A DNA stretch of 64,000 bases. Origin: Monocercomonoides exilis PA203. Its lineage: Eukaryota > Protista > Preaxostyla. This document shows positions 24,779-38,798 of the stretch, in pieces; the stretch's first letter is position 1, and each line of letters starts with the position of its first letter. The stretch spans positions 372,001 to 436,000 of the forward strand of contig LSRY02000042.1 in the NCBI GenBank assembly GCA_001643675.2. The letters are read 5' to 3'. Both the position numbers and the translations under genes were made by a program. Under the pieces are notes generated by a model. That model saw nothing but the letters and a program-made list of their open reading frames with translations, was not told the origin of the DNA and did not search any database.

Positions 24779-26170
24779 GGTAAGAGCAGAAGATAGGGGT
24801 ACCTATTTTTTTAATTGAAAAATTTTTGTATGTGCTCAAAAAGACTCATTGACAATTTCTATGCTGTTTTAAGAAAATAAATAAGTATATTGAGTGAATT
24901 CTTGAGATATTTTGTGAATGTGAAAAAAATATTAAAAAACTCAAATTTCAGTGTATTCAGAAGCATCACTGCCATCACCTGCTCCTAGATCCTCGTCCGA
25001 TGATTCTTCAGCTGTTAGAGTTATGTCGCTATCAGTCTCTGTGTTTTCATCTACAAAATCTCTAATTTGCTCCTTTTGATTTTCGTACTCCTTTGTAGGA
25101 ACAAAGTCATGAATCATTCTAACATACTCGTGAAATTGTAAAGGTTTGTTTTTTTCCATCATAAAACTTGCCAAATAATTATATAAAAATTTTTATCTTG
25201 TGCTTGTACGTGGTAAAAACCTTCTTAATTGACTCCAAAGCCCTTCGATAATATTCGTGCAAGCAGATGATATTTTATCTTTGAACCGATACTTATGGCA
25301 AACTGTAGAATGTTTAAAACCCAAAGAATTCAAACAGGAATTCGCTCGCCACTCGTCAGAATAAACTGTTGTCTGCTTTTTTACGAATTTTTCAATAATG
25401 GGTTTCAAAGTTTCTTTCTTTCTGTTTTCGACACGAACTATCAAACATTTTCCTTGGTTACGATCAGTTTTCCGCTCCACCATTCCAAAGATCCATATTT
25501 GTTGCTTGTCCCTTCCTTTTTTGAATTATCTTTTGCGAAGAACGGCTTCATCTATTTCAACGATGCACTCTGATCCTCCCAATGTCAAATCCATTTTCGC
25601 AACAGTGCTAACAGCAGCTGTTCGAGAAACACTTGCCCAATATGAAACAGTATCTCTGCTTATGCCCACTAAATACGAGATTTGTTTGAAATTTAATTTC
25701 ATATATAATAAAAGTGAAAGTTGAAGAAGTTTTGATATCCCAATCTTTGACATGAAAAACGAAGAGTCCTTATAAACACTTATTTTTCTTTTGCAATTTT
25801 TACATACCCAGCAACGCTTCCCCATATTAAGACATAAATTCATTGGTTTTTGACAATTCTTGCATTTTTTGGAACAGCAATTAAGTAATTGCACTCGATA
25901 CCACGTCCAAGCGCAATCAGGGTCCATAAACATTCTTAAATATCTCGAAATAGATATATTTGTTTCCATTTCAGTCAGGATCAAATGATTACGAAAACTG
26001 ATCAATCCCATATTTTCTAAAAAAATGAGCATAATTTGTCAGCAAAAATGTGCAAATAAATTTCACTTTAAGTGATGTGAATATTACATATATATCCATT
26101 TGTTGTTGTTTATACCATTTTTTCTAGGATCAAACAAAAAAAATTGGTACCCCTATCTTCTGCATTTACC
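24779..26170 (-). mobile_element. Second Merlin transposon (different subfamily), defective
   Basis: About 33-bp TIRs GGTAAGAGCAGAAGATAGGGGTACCTATTTTTT and reverse complement GGTAAATGCAGAAGATAGGGGTACCAATTTTTT. No recognisable TSD (ACAAGTAT vs GTTATATG). Confidence 0.88.
24941..26032 (-). pseudogene. IS1595/Merlin transposase with two in-frame TAA stops (25526, 25193)
   Basis: Three ORF pieces in one frame, with CKNC...CKNC, VEIDEA, SDEW, HSTVCH, CTNIIEGLW and an acidic tail. Confidence 0.88.
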
Positions 26171-26221
26171 GTTATATGTTGATAAACCTTCGACAAATAC
26201 ATTCATTTGCATTGGTTTTTA

Positions 26222-26267
<46 letters not shown>

Positions 26268-26899
26268 CCAAATATTTATATTTTTAAGAAAAAATTATAA
26301 ATTCATTTGGTATTCAATTTTTCAAAAATATTCTGCATGTTGCTGAATTTTTCACTGACTTGAAAATTCAATAAAAATGCATTTTTGCATGAATGAAAAA
26401 ATATATTTAACATGTTTTGAAAATACTATTTTATGAAACTTCAATAATGAAAGGAAAAAGCTAACAAGAATTATTAAAGACAAAACTAATTATTAAACTT
26501 TGGAAAATGAAACTGTTTCAATCAAACGTTGCAATCAAATCCTTCAAAAAAAAATTGAATAACCAAAACGACAGTTTGATTTATGAAAATATTCAGCTTC
26601 AGTTTTGATTGAAGAAAAATAATTAATAAAGAAAATAGAAGTTATGTTGTTTGTTTTCATTTTCAATTGTATGTTTTATTATTTGTGCATCTCTAAATGA
26701 TCCATAATTGACACTTCCAATTGACAGTTGCTGGTTGCCTTGAACAAAATTGAATTCATGCGTTACAAATGCAATTGGACTTTGATGAGCTGAAACAAAA
26801 ATAAACAAAAAAAAAAGTCTTTCATTGATGAAAAGAAGAAGAAAAGTTGAAACAGCACTGAGCATCTTCCTGTTGTTCTTCACCCACTCATTCCTGTTC

Positions 26900-29500
26900 A
26901 CTCTGTCAGCGCTGTCGTATGCGACCACAGAGAAAGACGGGATGAGTCATTCAAAGTGAAAAATGATCCACTTTTCTGCATTCATCCCCTTCGGCTGGCT
27001 CCTATCAAACTCAGAAGATCTTTCAGCAGAAGGAGCGGGCTGAGGATCAGAAGGTGGGGATTGGAACACAGCTGTTGGTTGAAGATGCTATTATTGCTGT
27101 TGTTGAGGCAAAAGTGGATTTGATGATGATGATGTGCTTGTTGAAGATATTGCTCCAGAGAGCTTTGTCGAACGTTTGAGGATCAATTGATGAAGATGAA
27201 AAATGAGAAAGAGAAGCAGAAGGAGTGAGTGAAGAAGACTGGAATGATAATTGTGGACAGTTTTGTGCTAAGACAGCAGAATTTTTTTAAAGCGAAACCT
27301 TTGTAGATTTGGAAATGGACACAGGAAATTGAGGAGGATAATATAAATGAGGAATGAATGTTAAGCGATGAGACACAGTTGCTGGTGATGGAGAGATGGA
27401 CCTTATTTGCCGATTATTTTTAAGTTTTTTATTCGTTTTGTGCTTTACGATATGGAATGAAGAATAGGAACATCGAATGAAACAGAAGGAGCTGCTATCC
27501 AATGAAGAGTTAACTGAAAATCAAAATGAGATTGAAGAACAGCAGTAGTTATTAAAAAATTCACTCTTTGAAAAATCTTCATTGAACTTTCTGCATTTTC
27601 TTTATTTTTCTTCTCTCTTAATATCAGTTCTCTTTCTCTTTCTCTTCCCCTTTCTCTCAATTTCTATCTCCTTCTCTCTCCTTCTCCCCCGCATTTCGCC
27701 TTCCACTATATTCCGCACATCCGCCAGCACATAAAAGAACTGCACGAACACAAACTAGTTTTCTGCATCAATCTTTACATTCATCTTCAGCGATGCCACT
27801 CTTATCCCCAGCGCATCCAGCTGCTTCTTATTCAGCAGTCGCTGCTGCCCCTTTTTCTCCTTCTCCGCTGCCTCTTTCTTCAGCTTGATGCGAATATTAT
27901 CAAACTTTTTCTCGTCCTTCAGCCTTTCCGCTTCTGCATCTTTCTGTTCAAATTGAATTAGGCTCTGCTCGGCCTCCTCCTTCTTCCGCTTCTTAGCAAG
28001 TATCTTCTCCTGCTTCTTCAGTTTTTTCTTTTCTTGTTCTGAAATTCTATTCTTCACATCCCTCAGAATCTTCTCAATCTCTCTTTTTTCTTTTTCATCT
28101 CTTTTCAAATCCAGCCTTCTCTGCACACATCGCTCTTTAATCTCCTGATGCTTTTTCTTCAACATCATTTCTGTTTCTCTCTCTGCCTCTCCTGCTCTTT
28201 CTCTCGCTGTATCTGAATCTTCTTTTCTCTCTCAGCAATCTGAACTTTTTTATTCGATCGCTCTGCTGCGTTCTGCCACAATCTGTCGTTTTTTGCCTCT
28301 TATTCGTCTTTGGAGTCTTCCGCTTGTACTTCTTTCGATTCTATTTTTCCTTTTTTCTTCTTGTTGTCGTCTTCTTCAATCAGTTTCATGAGCAAAGCGT
28401 CATCTCCAGCCCCTCCCATTAGAGAATTATTCCTCTCGCTCTCCAGATTCCTCTTGTTCCTTTCGAAGTGTTCGTTCATTGCGAAATTATGAATCTCGAC
28501 AAAGGATTTTTTTGCTCTGTCTCTCATGTCCTCGTCCAGTGCATCCTGGTCCATCGCACGCAAATACCGCACTCTCTCATTCGTGTTGCGCAGCCTATCG
28601 CCCTTCCTCTTCTTGTTGATGTTCCACCAGTTCCAGCTCTCCCGCTTCTTCCTCAATCCTTCCAGCACATTCTGGGCAGCCCACTTCCACAGGTCTCGCA
28701 GTCACTTCGACGCCACTTTCCACCCAATAGCAACTGTGTCCTTCTTCCGAAGATTCCTCGAATCGATGTTAACTGGATCAGCTGAAGGTGAAATCGAAGA
28801 CGTTGGTAAAGAGATAAGTTCATCGTGTGGAGTGAAACAAGTCACAGCAATTGAAATAGTTGTGACGTGCGATAATGCTTGAGAAAGCGAAGAGGCAGAA
28901 GCTGAAGAAGCTGAGGATACAGAAATACTGCTGTTTTGAGGTGAAGTCATCTGAGGAGGAATTTGTGTGTTTTATCGTGTTGCGTCAGTATTAGCCTTTA
29001 GTTGCTGTTCCTGCTGTTGTCAAATGTGCAACTGCGGAGACAACGAAGAACCAGAGATGAATTATTTTTGTTCTGTCACTTGTGAATTTGTTTCGCTCAC
29101 TGGCAAAGTCTTATTGTGATTTGACAATGGACTGAAAAGAGGTAGGCTCACAATTTTATGTGCATATTGTGAATGTTATGCAGATGACATTGATTGATTT
29201 AGTGATTTTGTGGAAGAAACTGCAGAAGGATGTGATTGCATGTTTTTCCCGGGAGTGGTACTGTTTAAGGAAAATGCTTCAGGAAGAGGTTTGTATTTCA
29301 TGATGGAACTGTTGTTGTTGCTTATATCTTTGATGAATCAATTGCATGTTTAGGAGGAAATTTTGAATTTGAAGGAGCACATTTTGCTGCTGTAGCTGCA
29401 ATAAAGACCAGAAATTGGGCAGAACAAGGTGACGTTCTTGGATGAGATGGAGGTGTTGGAGGAAAAAGAAGAAAAAGAAGGAGAAGGAGAAGGAAGAGAA
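26900..29500 (-). pseudogene. Decayed gene for a Ser/Gln-rich, coiled-coil protein
   Basis: Charged coiled-coil ORF fragments 27755-28168 and 28300-28668 plus Ser/Pro-rich flanks, separated by stops and frameshifts. No family recognised and boundaries are approximate. Confidence 0.45.
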
Positions 29501-30270
29501 AAAAGCTTGAAGAGAAGATGAAGGAGAAGAAGTCGGATTGGAAAGAGGAAAAGAGGAGATGTTGGAAAAAGCTGAAGTGAAAGAGATAATAAGATTTGAT
29601 TGCAAAGGAAAAGATGGAATTATGAAAAAAGAATTAAAGGAACAAATAATTACCTAACAAATAGTTATTCTTCATTTTTTCCTTCTGTTTTCAATATTAA
29701 TTCATCTTTCTTTTTCAAAATCGTGAGCAGTTTCTTTTTCTTTTTCTTTTTTCAGCATCATAATAGAATTATAAAATCTCCAAATTTTCGAAGCTTCTTT
29801 CTATTTTCATTTGAATGAGATTCTTTCCATTGTGCAACTTGAATTATGATGTGCAAATCTTCACATATAGGATGAAATCTTCATCAGTGGATATAACAAT
29901 TCTGTCAAATTTCTATCTTTAATTGTCGAATTCAATAATAAAAACAATGATTTTTGTTAAACCTGAAGTGCATGTTCCCCCTTTTTGACCACAAATTTGA
30001 TGTTTGTTCACAAAACAAAAAATATGTAATTATTATGGAATGCAATCAAAAACTGTTTTTTATTCATATCATTTATTTCAAAAATATCGGAAAGAAGATG
30101 AAATGTTTTGCAAAAGTGTGGTTTTGGACGGCATATAAATTATATCAGACAAACAAACACTCAATTTCTTTAAAGAACTTAATAATATTTCAAGTTATAA
30201 ATGACATTTTTAACAAAATTGTAATGAAAGTCAATTTTTGAATAAAAAGAAATGTTTTCAAAAAAATCAT

Positions 30271-30580
30271 ATCCGTTCGACAGACAGATCTTTTCGACCG
30301 ACTGATCTTTGTCGTTCGACTGATCTCGACAAAGATCTGTCGATAACCCATTGAAATCTTTCAATATCAATTATTTAAATATTTGTTTATAGGAATCTTA
30401 TGAAAATAAAAAAAATAAATAAATAAATAAAAATAAAAAATGATTGAAAAAATGGAAAAACTTAATCTGGATTTGTTGTTTTTTCGTTTATCAAAAAAAA
30501 AAAAAAAAAAAAAATAGAGGATTGTCTTGTCGGTCGACTTGTCGAGCTGTGAAAAAAATGTCGGTCTGTCGCAAAGGCCT
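30271..30580. mobile_element. Probable degenerate MITE with CGAC-motif termini
   Basis: Left end has CGACAGACAGA and clustered CGAC motifs. Right end has TCGGTCTGTCG and clustered GTCG motifs. The core is A-rich. Confidence 0.45.
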
Positions 30581-31319
30581 ATATGTTATTTTGAAATAAA
30601 AACATCTGCGTCACATACCTTCTGACGTGAACATTTTTGGAGTGACGTGGCGTGACAAAAATTTAATTTTCTTCACTCATTTCACCAAAATCCACATTTA
30701 TGAAAAAAAAAATTATAAAGAATAATTAATGTATATTATATTTTTTTTAAATGTGATTAAGTGTGTCATAATAATAATAACCATTTTTTTTAATGTTCAT
30801 TTTTCAATATGGATGATTATTTTTGAAATCATATCTTTTTTCGGGGAGTTGACTTTTCAATGATTGTTGGCTTTTGGAAATAAAATTTTAATACAAAAGA
30901 AAAAAAGCATGATAATTGTTTTTAAAATCAAGTGTTTTTTCAATATAAAAGATGAAAATGTCTTCAATAAGCCTTTTCACTTTTCAATTTTTTTCATTGA
31001 TATTCAAAAGATAATTCTGAACCTAAATTTTTGAATGAAGAAATATGATTCAAAAAGCAATCGCCCATATTTTTTACACAATGGGTTGTTTGGTAATAAT
31101 TTTTTTTGTTGTGGAAATACCACGGCACCCACATCACTGTCTGTTACTGACGTGATTTAAATCAAAAGTTTATTTTTTCAAATGTTTGTGTTTTTTATTT
31201 GTTAGAATGTGTTAATAAAAATTTTCAACTAGTTAAAATTCTAATATTTATTGTTTGTGAAAATTTTATTAATTTTCACAGTTTTTCTAATATTTTTTCG
31301 AACCATTTCTATCATTAAA

Positions 31320-33000
31320 GCATGTTCTTCACATGGATTTGGAGAGGACAAAAGATGCGCTTATCAACACAAAAACAATGGCAGGAGTTAAAGTGTGAGT
31401 ATCAGAAGCGAATAACTGTTCGGAGAAGTTTGTGCGCGCTGTTGCATGGGTGCTGTGGAGAACGCTGTGCTGAAGGAATATGTCAGCAGGCAGAGGATGT
31501 CGAAAAGTGCAGTGCAGCAGCAGTGTTGGTGGTGATAGAGTAACAGTTGTCGGCGTTCCGATTTCATTCGAAAATGGGAACGGGAGATTGAGAAGGAAAG
31601 AGGGATGCGTGCTGGTTGTTGAGGAGAATGTTGTGAAGTGGGAGGGGCAGAGACAGAGCGCTCCGAAGGCGATCCTGCAGTGGAAAGAGTTGGCGAAGTC
31701 GGAGAGCACAGCAATGAGCGAGGTGTTTGATTCTGGGAGCAGGAGTGAACAGTATCGGATTAAGTCGCAGCTGGTGCTTGTGAAGGAGTGTGAGTTCAGG
31801 TTGTGGAACACGAGCATGGATAACTTGTCGGAAGGCGTGATCGAGCAGAGCGGTGACATGGTGCTAGCTGAAGATGTGGAGATCAGGAACAACAACCCGC
31901 TGATTGAGAGGTATTTGTCAATGGCGCAGAACTAGGTGCGCAGTTGGGAGTAAACTAGGAAGAAGAAAACAGTGCAGGAGCTGGTGTAATGCAAGCGGCA
32001 CTTCCAGCAAATTGTGCGGGTTGCAGCGGGAGCTAGCGAGTGAAGTCATACTGATTTGAAAACACAGGGCAGAACACACAGCGGAGGGGGTACAGGAGGA
32101 TCGTGTGGGATGTAATTGAGAAGAATGGGGTGGGGGAGGTTGTGCAAGCTCATGTGGAGTATTAAAGCGAGGAGCTGGCTGTGGAGGAGCAGGCAGAAAA
32201 AAAGGAGCAGAGGGAGTGCAGGGGAAGGAGGCAAAGGATCTAGGAAATTTCAACTCGACATCAGTAATTTCGCTGGAAAGGAGAAAAAAAAGGGAGGGCT
32301 GTGGGCGGTGCATGTTTAAGCTGCATGTGTGGACAATCATTCATCATGTTGTGGTGAGTACGGTGGGTGTGATAGTAGGAGTGGTGATTGTGGGGTGCTG
32401 TGTGCTGTAGCTGTGGCAGGGGAAGCAGCAGGAGCAGCGGCTTGCGCAACTCAAGGAGATGGAAGAGGCAAAGCAAAAGAACAAAGTGTGGAGTGGTTGC
32501 TCCGAAAACATTGAAGGAATTGAATATAGAGCTGGAGAAGAAAGTGGTGAGGAAGGATGGAGGTTCATGATGGAAATGAAAAAGAGAATGGAGGACGTGG
32601 AAAGGGAAGAGAGGAGGGGAAGTGTGTTGTTTGTGAAGAGGAAGATAATCCTGTGCATTAAGCGAGAGAGTTGTTTGCAGTTGCGAATTTGGATACATGA
32701 AGGATGCTGGGGCTGCTGCTACACAATGAGTAATATTCAGAGAAAGTTGAACGTTGGATGGAACATGGGTACCTTCACATCCTGTAGAGTGGAGAGACGG
32801 AGATGCTGCTTACGAACATAAGCCAGTGGGAAGTGATGGTGAACAGGGAGGATGTGGTGGGAAAGCGTGATGTGGAAAGCTGCGAGGAGATGTGCAACCT
32901 TGGAGAAGCGGAAGCTTCTGTAAAAGTTACTGGAGAATTTTTCGTGAAAGGACTATGTGGAAGTGAGGAGGAAAAGGGAGCGGAGGGCAAGAGTTGAGGA
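31320..33000 (+). pseudogene. Decayed surface-protein family member with TM segment
   Basis: GC-richer island with fragmented ORFs (31480-31935: ...NLSEGVIEQSG...NNPLIERYLS). A Val/Ile-rich hydrophobic run at 32335-32410 is followed by basic residues. Confidence 0.55.
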
Positions 33001-33905
33001 AAAGTGGTGGGAGATAAAGAAAAAAAGTTGAAAAAGAAGATGAGAAGATGAGGAAGAAGAAGATAGAGGAGGAGAAATGATTCTACTTAAAATTTCGGTA
33101 ATTATATTGAAGAGAAGTGTTAGAATGTGATTTTGATGAAGAAGAAGAAGAGGAAGAGGAAGAAGGAGAAAAATGAGAAGATGAAGAATTAAATGGAGAA
33201 ATTGAAGAGAAAGAATGAGATAATGATGATGATGATGATGATGAATATGAAAAAACGGAAGAAAATCAGAACGGGAAAAACGAAATGCTATTACGCACAT
33301 TGACTTTTCATTCACACAAAGAAGTTTTCACAAAAATGAGCGAAACTACTGACAAATAAAAATTTGGAAATTAAAAATGAAAACAGAAAACAAAATAATT
33401 CAAATTTTCAGAAATCATTTTTATTGTATATTTTTAAAAAAAATATTTTTTTAATTCTTCATGGATAAGATTATTTTGATTCAAATTTTTTAAAAAAAAC
33501 TTGCAAAATTATTTTTCTTTTTAAAACATACTGTTATTAATAAAAAAGTATTAATTATCAATTGCAAAAGACAATAAGCATAATGGAAAATCGTTAAAAG
33601 AATGTCGATTGAAGAGAATATTTTTTGTTCACAAGAATTCAATCAAGTTTTATTCTTTTCAAAAATGACATTAAAAAAATATGCAAAACTGAAAATAATT
33701 ATTCGAAAACATAAAAAAACAAATTGAAGAATCCAACTGTTTATTCAAATAGAAAGTCTTGACTTTTATCAATGCCTAAAAAAGGATAGAAATAAATTAA
33801 TAATTTATAAAGGTTTATTGATAGAAAATTGTGCATAAATTTTTGTCATAAATATTTTGAATTATTGGAAAGTGTTTTATTTTGTATAAATAATTTTTAA
33901 CAAAT

Positions 33906-34173
33906 GTGGGAAAATATGGACTTTCAAGTTTTTTATGCACAAAGTGTGAAAAAATTGTTTCACTTATAACATTTTTTAACTTAGCCAGATTTCAAAATAA
34001 ATTTGATTTTCATATCTGTGAACAAACATCATTGAAATCAAAACAGAAAGTATTGTAATATTTCACGAATGTCAAAAAATGAACCCATTTTTATTGTGTT
34101 TTTTGTTCTCAAAAAGTCAAAGAAAAGCGCATGATTTTTCAATGAAAATGCTTGAAGTCAAATATTTCACCCC
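33906..34173 (+). mobile_element. MITE family A, copy 3
   Basis: Family TIRs, with AAAT on both flanks. Confidence 0.85.
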
Positions 34174-34849
34174 AAATAGTTAATTTTTATTGAAAAAAAA
34201 TCAAAATAAAAAAAAAATAATAAAAAAAAAATAAAAAAAAGGGCACTGACTGACTTGAGATCGCATTTTCCAAGGTGACACAGATGTTTATTGAAACTAT
34301 CAAGGAAATTTGAAATTTATTTGAAAAATTGAAAATAAGGCAGTTATTTTTAGTTTCACAAACAAACATTTCGAAAAATTAAACTATATAAAAATTTGAA
34401 TTTTTCTTATTGTTTTTTGCACATTCGAAAATAGCTGTTAATTTGTGTGATTATTTGAGTAATCATGACTTATTTCCGGGAGCTAATTTTACAAAGGTTG
34501 TTTGTTAATGAGTCGATATTTTGTATTCAAATGAAATATTCATAACATCTGTTTCAAAAACTATATTTTTAAGAGGAAATAAAGAGAAGCATTTTTTGTA
34601 CAATAATAATCCCTTTTCAGTTTTCATTTTCTGATATATAAGGGACAATTTCGAACCGAAAATAATGAATGTGAAAATATGGCATAAGCACAGAATAAGC
34701 ACACAAAATATTTTTGATTCTTTCATGCATTTTCGCAATCTTTTGCTTATCAGGTTAAAGAAAATGATGTTCTTTGTCAACGCTTTGCATACTCTGGACA
34801 AAATTATAAATATAACTTTTTCTTTTAATCACATAAAAAATGGGTTTGA

Positions 34850-36030
34850 TCACAAATTTTAATCGATCAAAAATAAGATGTCTTGGAAAAAACCATTCAA
34901 AAAGGAATGCCATGCACTGTATGAGACATTTTCATCTGAAGAATCATCTTGGAAATGGACACAACAATATTCACCTTAGGTTTTTGCAGTTTGCCAACAC
35001 TGCAATAAAGACAAATAAATCTGTAAAGGAAGGGGACATTCAAGATTCCTGAAGTGCCCAAAGTGCAAGTAAAATGTTTCCTGCTTTAAAAATACCACTC
35101 TGGAGTCTTCAAAATCGCCTATTTCCACTGTGATGATGATTCTTTTGTGTTTTAGCCGGAAGTCAAAGATTGGTGAATTGGGATGATGCAAAATGTATCT
35201 CAAATGACGATTGGGTATTGGACAAGCGTTGCAAAGTCGACTGCGCAAAAATTATTTAAATTAAAGAAATGAAAAAATTGGAAGGGGGCAGGCAAAATAG
35301 TAAAAATTGTTGAAGCAGCATGGAGGAGATGGAAATACAAAAAAGGTTTTAGCATCGAAAAAAATATTTTGTTTTCATTATAATTTATTTATTTGTTGTG
35401 AATATAACTATTTTTGAAATTAGGAAAGCAGAAAAAATTGATGTAAATATTTGGAGCTGTCGAACGAAAAGGCGAAGAAGAATTAGGAAAAAAATTCGTA
35501 TTCATTGTGCCTAACAGAAAAAAAGATGCACTAATCCCTATAATCAAAAACAGAATCAAAGAAGGAACAACAATAATCAGCGACGAGTAGAAAGCTTGCA
35601 CTTGCAAAGGAGAAATTGGTTTCACACACCAGACCGTCTGCCACAAACGTCATAACATCGATCCTGTTACGAAAGCCAATACGAACACTATCGAAGGAAT
35701 GTGGGCACATTTGCGATCTTTTTTCTTTTGATTTGGAGTGAGAAAGCGATATATTCCTGGAGTGCTTGCGACATTCATTGTGAAAAGATCAGGTAAAATT
35801 TCCTACGGAGAATTCATTGAAAAAATTATCAATTTTCAATCTGAAGATGAATTTGAATTGTTAATTGATAATGATTAAGTTGATGAAAACGAAGAAATTC
35901 CTGATATATTTGAGGCATTTTGGGAATAAAAGATGAAGAAGATACTGAAAAAGAACTTTCTTAAAATCAGAAAGCGAATATTCAGATCCATTTGGAGCTG
36001 GAACAGGAGAAGATTCTTCGGAATTTGAAC
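34850..36030 (+). pseudogene. Third Merlin transposase, decayed, containing a 78-bp GT-AG intron
   Basis: Hand translation gives CPKC (about 35055), EAAWRRWKYKKG^KQKKLM*IFGAVERK, VPNRKKDALIPII, IISDE*, HQTVCH, NTNTIEGMWAHLR and an acidic tail. Absent from the ORF track because of stops. Confidence 0.85.
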
Positions 36031-36352
36031 GATACATTATATTATTATATGATTTTTACGAAAAATTTTTTGATCTTTTTTCACGTACATCACTTTTCGC
36101 AAGATGTTACAAAGTGAATATTAACAGAATCATATAACGGAACTTCAGTGGTTATTATATAGTGAAAAAATTTGGTCAGCGTTTTGTGTGTTTATGCAAG
36201 TCTGATATTAAAATGGATAAGAAAACAAACAAATAAAACATTCAAGTTATTTTAAATACAATTTTGAAAATGTTCAATGTCCCAATCAAAAATGAAGATT
36301 AAAGAACTATTTCTTATATCATTTTTTCAAGAAATCATTTATCTGAAGAAAT

Positions 36353-36621
36353 GTGGAACAAAATATTTGACTTCAGGCATTTTCATTGATAAATTATGCA
36401 TCAAAGATGATCTTTTTGAGATCAAAAAATATGAAAAAAATGGATTTATTTTTTGAAATACATGTGATATCACACAACATGATGTTATTATATAATGATA
36501 TTTGCTTGCAGATATGAAAATCAAATTTATTTTGAAATCTGGTTAAGTTTAAAAATGTTATTAGAAAAACATTTTTTTCATTCTTTGTGCATGAAAAGCT
36601 TGAAAGTCCGTATTTTCCCCC
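36353..36621 (-). mobile_element. MITE family A, copy 4
   Basis: Reverse-orientation match to copies 2 and 3, ending GCTTGAAAGTCCGTATTTTCCCCC. Confidence 0.8.
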
Positions 36622-36837
36622 ATATGATTATGCATTAAGCTTTTGATTTAAAAAAAACAGAAAAATTTTTTGTTGATGTCATTAAAATGATACTGAAAAT
36701 CACAATAACATTTATTGAATACAATATATGTTAACTTGATAAAGATTTTCTGATTTGGATTTTGACAATATTCATGTTGTAATTCTGATAACCATAATAA
36801 AAGCTTCAAACAACAATTTTTGAAACTTTGTAAAAAA

Positions 36838-38731
36838 ATGATTCGTGAAGATAGTTTTGGAAGCAGGGCGAATCAAAGATTTTCTCAATATTACAATACA
36901 ACAGAAATTTCGTTTGATCCAAGGAAAGCGGAATATTCAACATTTTCCTTGAGGCAAATTGATAGAGATTGTTTATTGAACGATCAAAGAGAAGATGAGA
37001 ATACACACGATCAAAAAGATATATTAGAAGTATTTTTGTAATTGCTTTTCAAAAAAATATAAATGAATTACTTTTTAATGAATTCAAATTTAAAATTCAG
37101 CCAAAAATTTTGGATGGTTTCATAGAGGGATTAAAATCGCAAGATGCCGATCTATCTTATAAATCACTTGTTAACATAAGGAAGCCATTAACTTCAAAAA
37201 GCTTATCTTATTTTATCAGACCTCTTTCTTTGCAGTACATACGCCAGAATGTGATTGATGGAATTATTCCATTTCTTTCATCTGAGCAAAGTCCAAAATT
37301 TCAAAAAGAAGCAATTTGGATTCTTCTTAATATATGTATGCAAATTTTGCATTTTTAGTGATTTATTTTTTTGTCTTTATAAAGCAAGTCTAAATTCTCT
37401 AGCATGCACAAAAGCTGTTCTTTACTCCGGGTGCTTAGGGAATATCACGAAAATTTTTCGATCAACAACACAAGAAAATCAAATAATGGTATGATATGCA
37501 TGCATTTATTTCATTTATGATGCTGTTTGAATCCCCGCAAATAAACAGATATGCTGGCTTTTGGCACATCTTGCGTTTGATTCAACAGAAGTGCGCAATT
37601 ACTGCATCCAGTACGACATCGTCACACCGATCATTGAGTTTCTCCAAAGCCCCTCGTCTCCGCACAACCTGAGGCTGCGGGCGATGTTTGCGTATGCCCA
37701 GCTTTGCCGCAATGTGCAACGGAAGCTGCTCCATCCACGAGACACACCTATCACAGAAGATGAAGGAGAAGACAATGGAAAAGATAATGAAGAAGAAGAA
37801 GAAGAAGGCAGCAGAAGCGGAATAGGAAGAAATAGCACAGACATCAGCTGCATGGACAATAGTGTTATAAATAACAAGGACAGTGTTATCAATGAAAGTG
37901 GCAGTATATTCAGCAACATCAGCAGCAGCAGCAATAGGATAGATGGAAGAGAGAAGGGAGAGGAGATGTGGGGGTATAGAGGAGAAGGAGAAGGAGGAGA
38001 AAATGAACATATTTCTTCTTCTCTTCTTCCTTCTCTTTCTCCTTCTTCTCTTTCTTCTTCTTCTTCTTCTATTCCTTCTTCTTCTTCTTCTTTTCCTTCC
38101 TCTTCTTCTCCTCCCCCCTCCTCCTCCTCTCCTTCTTCCTCTTCTTCTTCCTTTCAACTCCCCAAATCTTCGTATGAGCAGAGAATCGATGAGGTTGAAG
38201 CACAATTGACTGCCTCACTGCCTCTTCTCATCAGATATCTGCCAACAACAAATGTTGAGCTTAGCAAAGACACCACAACCGCACTGAAGAATCTGTCAGA
38301 TCATAATTCGACTGTTATTATTGTGTGATAAAGAGAATATTGGTGAAAGGATATTAAATATAAAGTTATTTTTATTTTTTTCTTTTTTTCTTTTTTTATT
38401 TTTTTCTTTTTTTCTTTTTTTCTTTTTTTCTTTTTTTCTTTTTTTCTTTTTTTCTTTTTTTCTTTTTTTCTTTTTTTCTTTTTTTCTTTTTTTCAAATCT
38501 TTTTCTTTTTCTTTTTTCTTTTTCTTTTTTCTTTTTCTTTTTTCTTTTTCTTTCTTTTATTTCTTTTCTTTATGAATTATTGCATTTATTTTGTTCAATT
38601 ATTGTAATCTTTTGTTATTTTATGAAAATTTTTTAAACAATAATTTTTAATTATTTATTTATTCTCTTTTTCAATGAATTTTTTTTTTGAAATAATTTCT
38701 TTTTTTCTATCTAATTTTCTTTAAAATGAAT

Positions 38732-38798
<67 letters not shown>

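Noticed and set aside
30600-31180. Possible TIR element marked by TGACGTG motifs at both ends
   Set aside because: The inverted similarity is too short and gapped, and there is no TSD.
34640-36285. TIRs for the third Merlin (GGGACA... / ...TGTCCC)
   Set aside because: Only about 6 bp match and the flanks are not duplicated.
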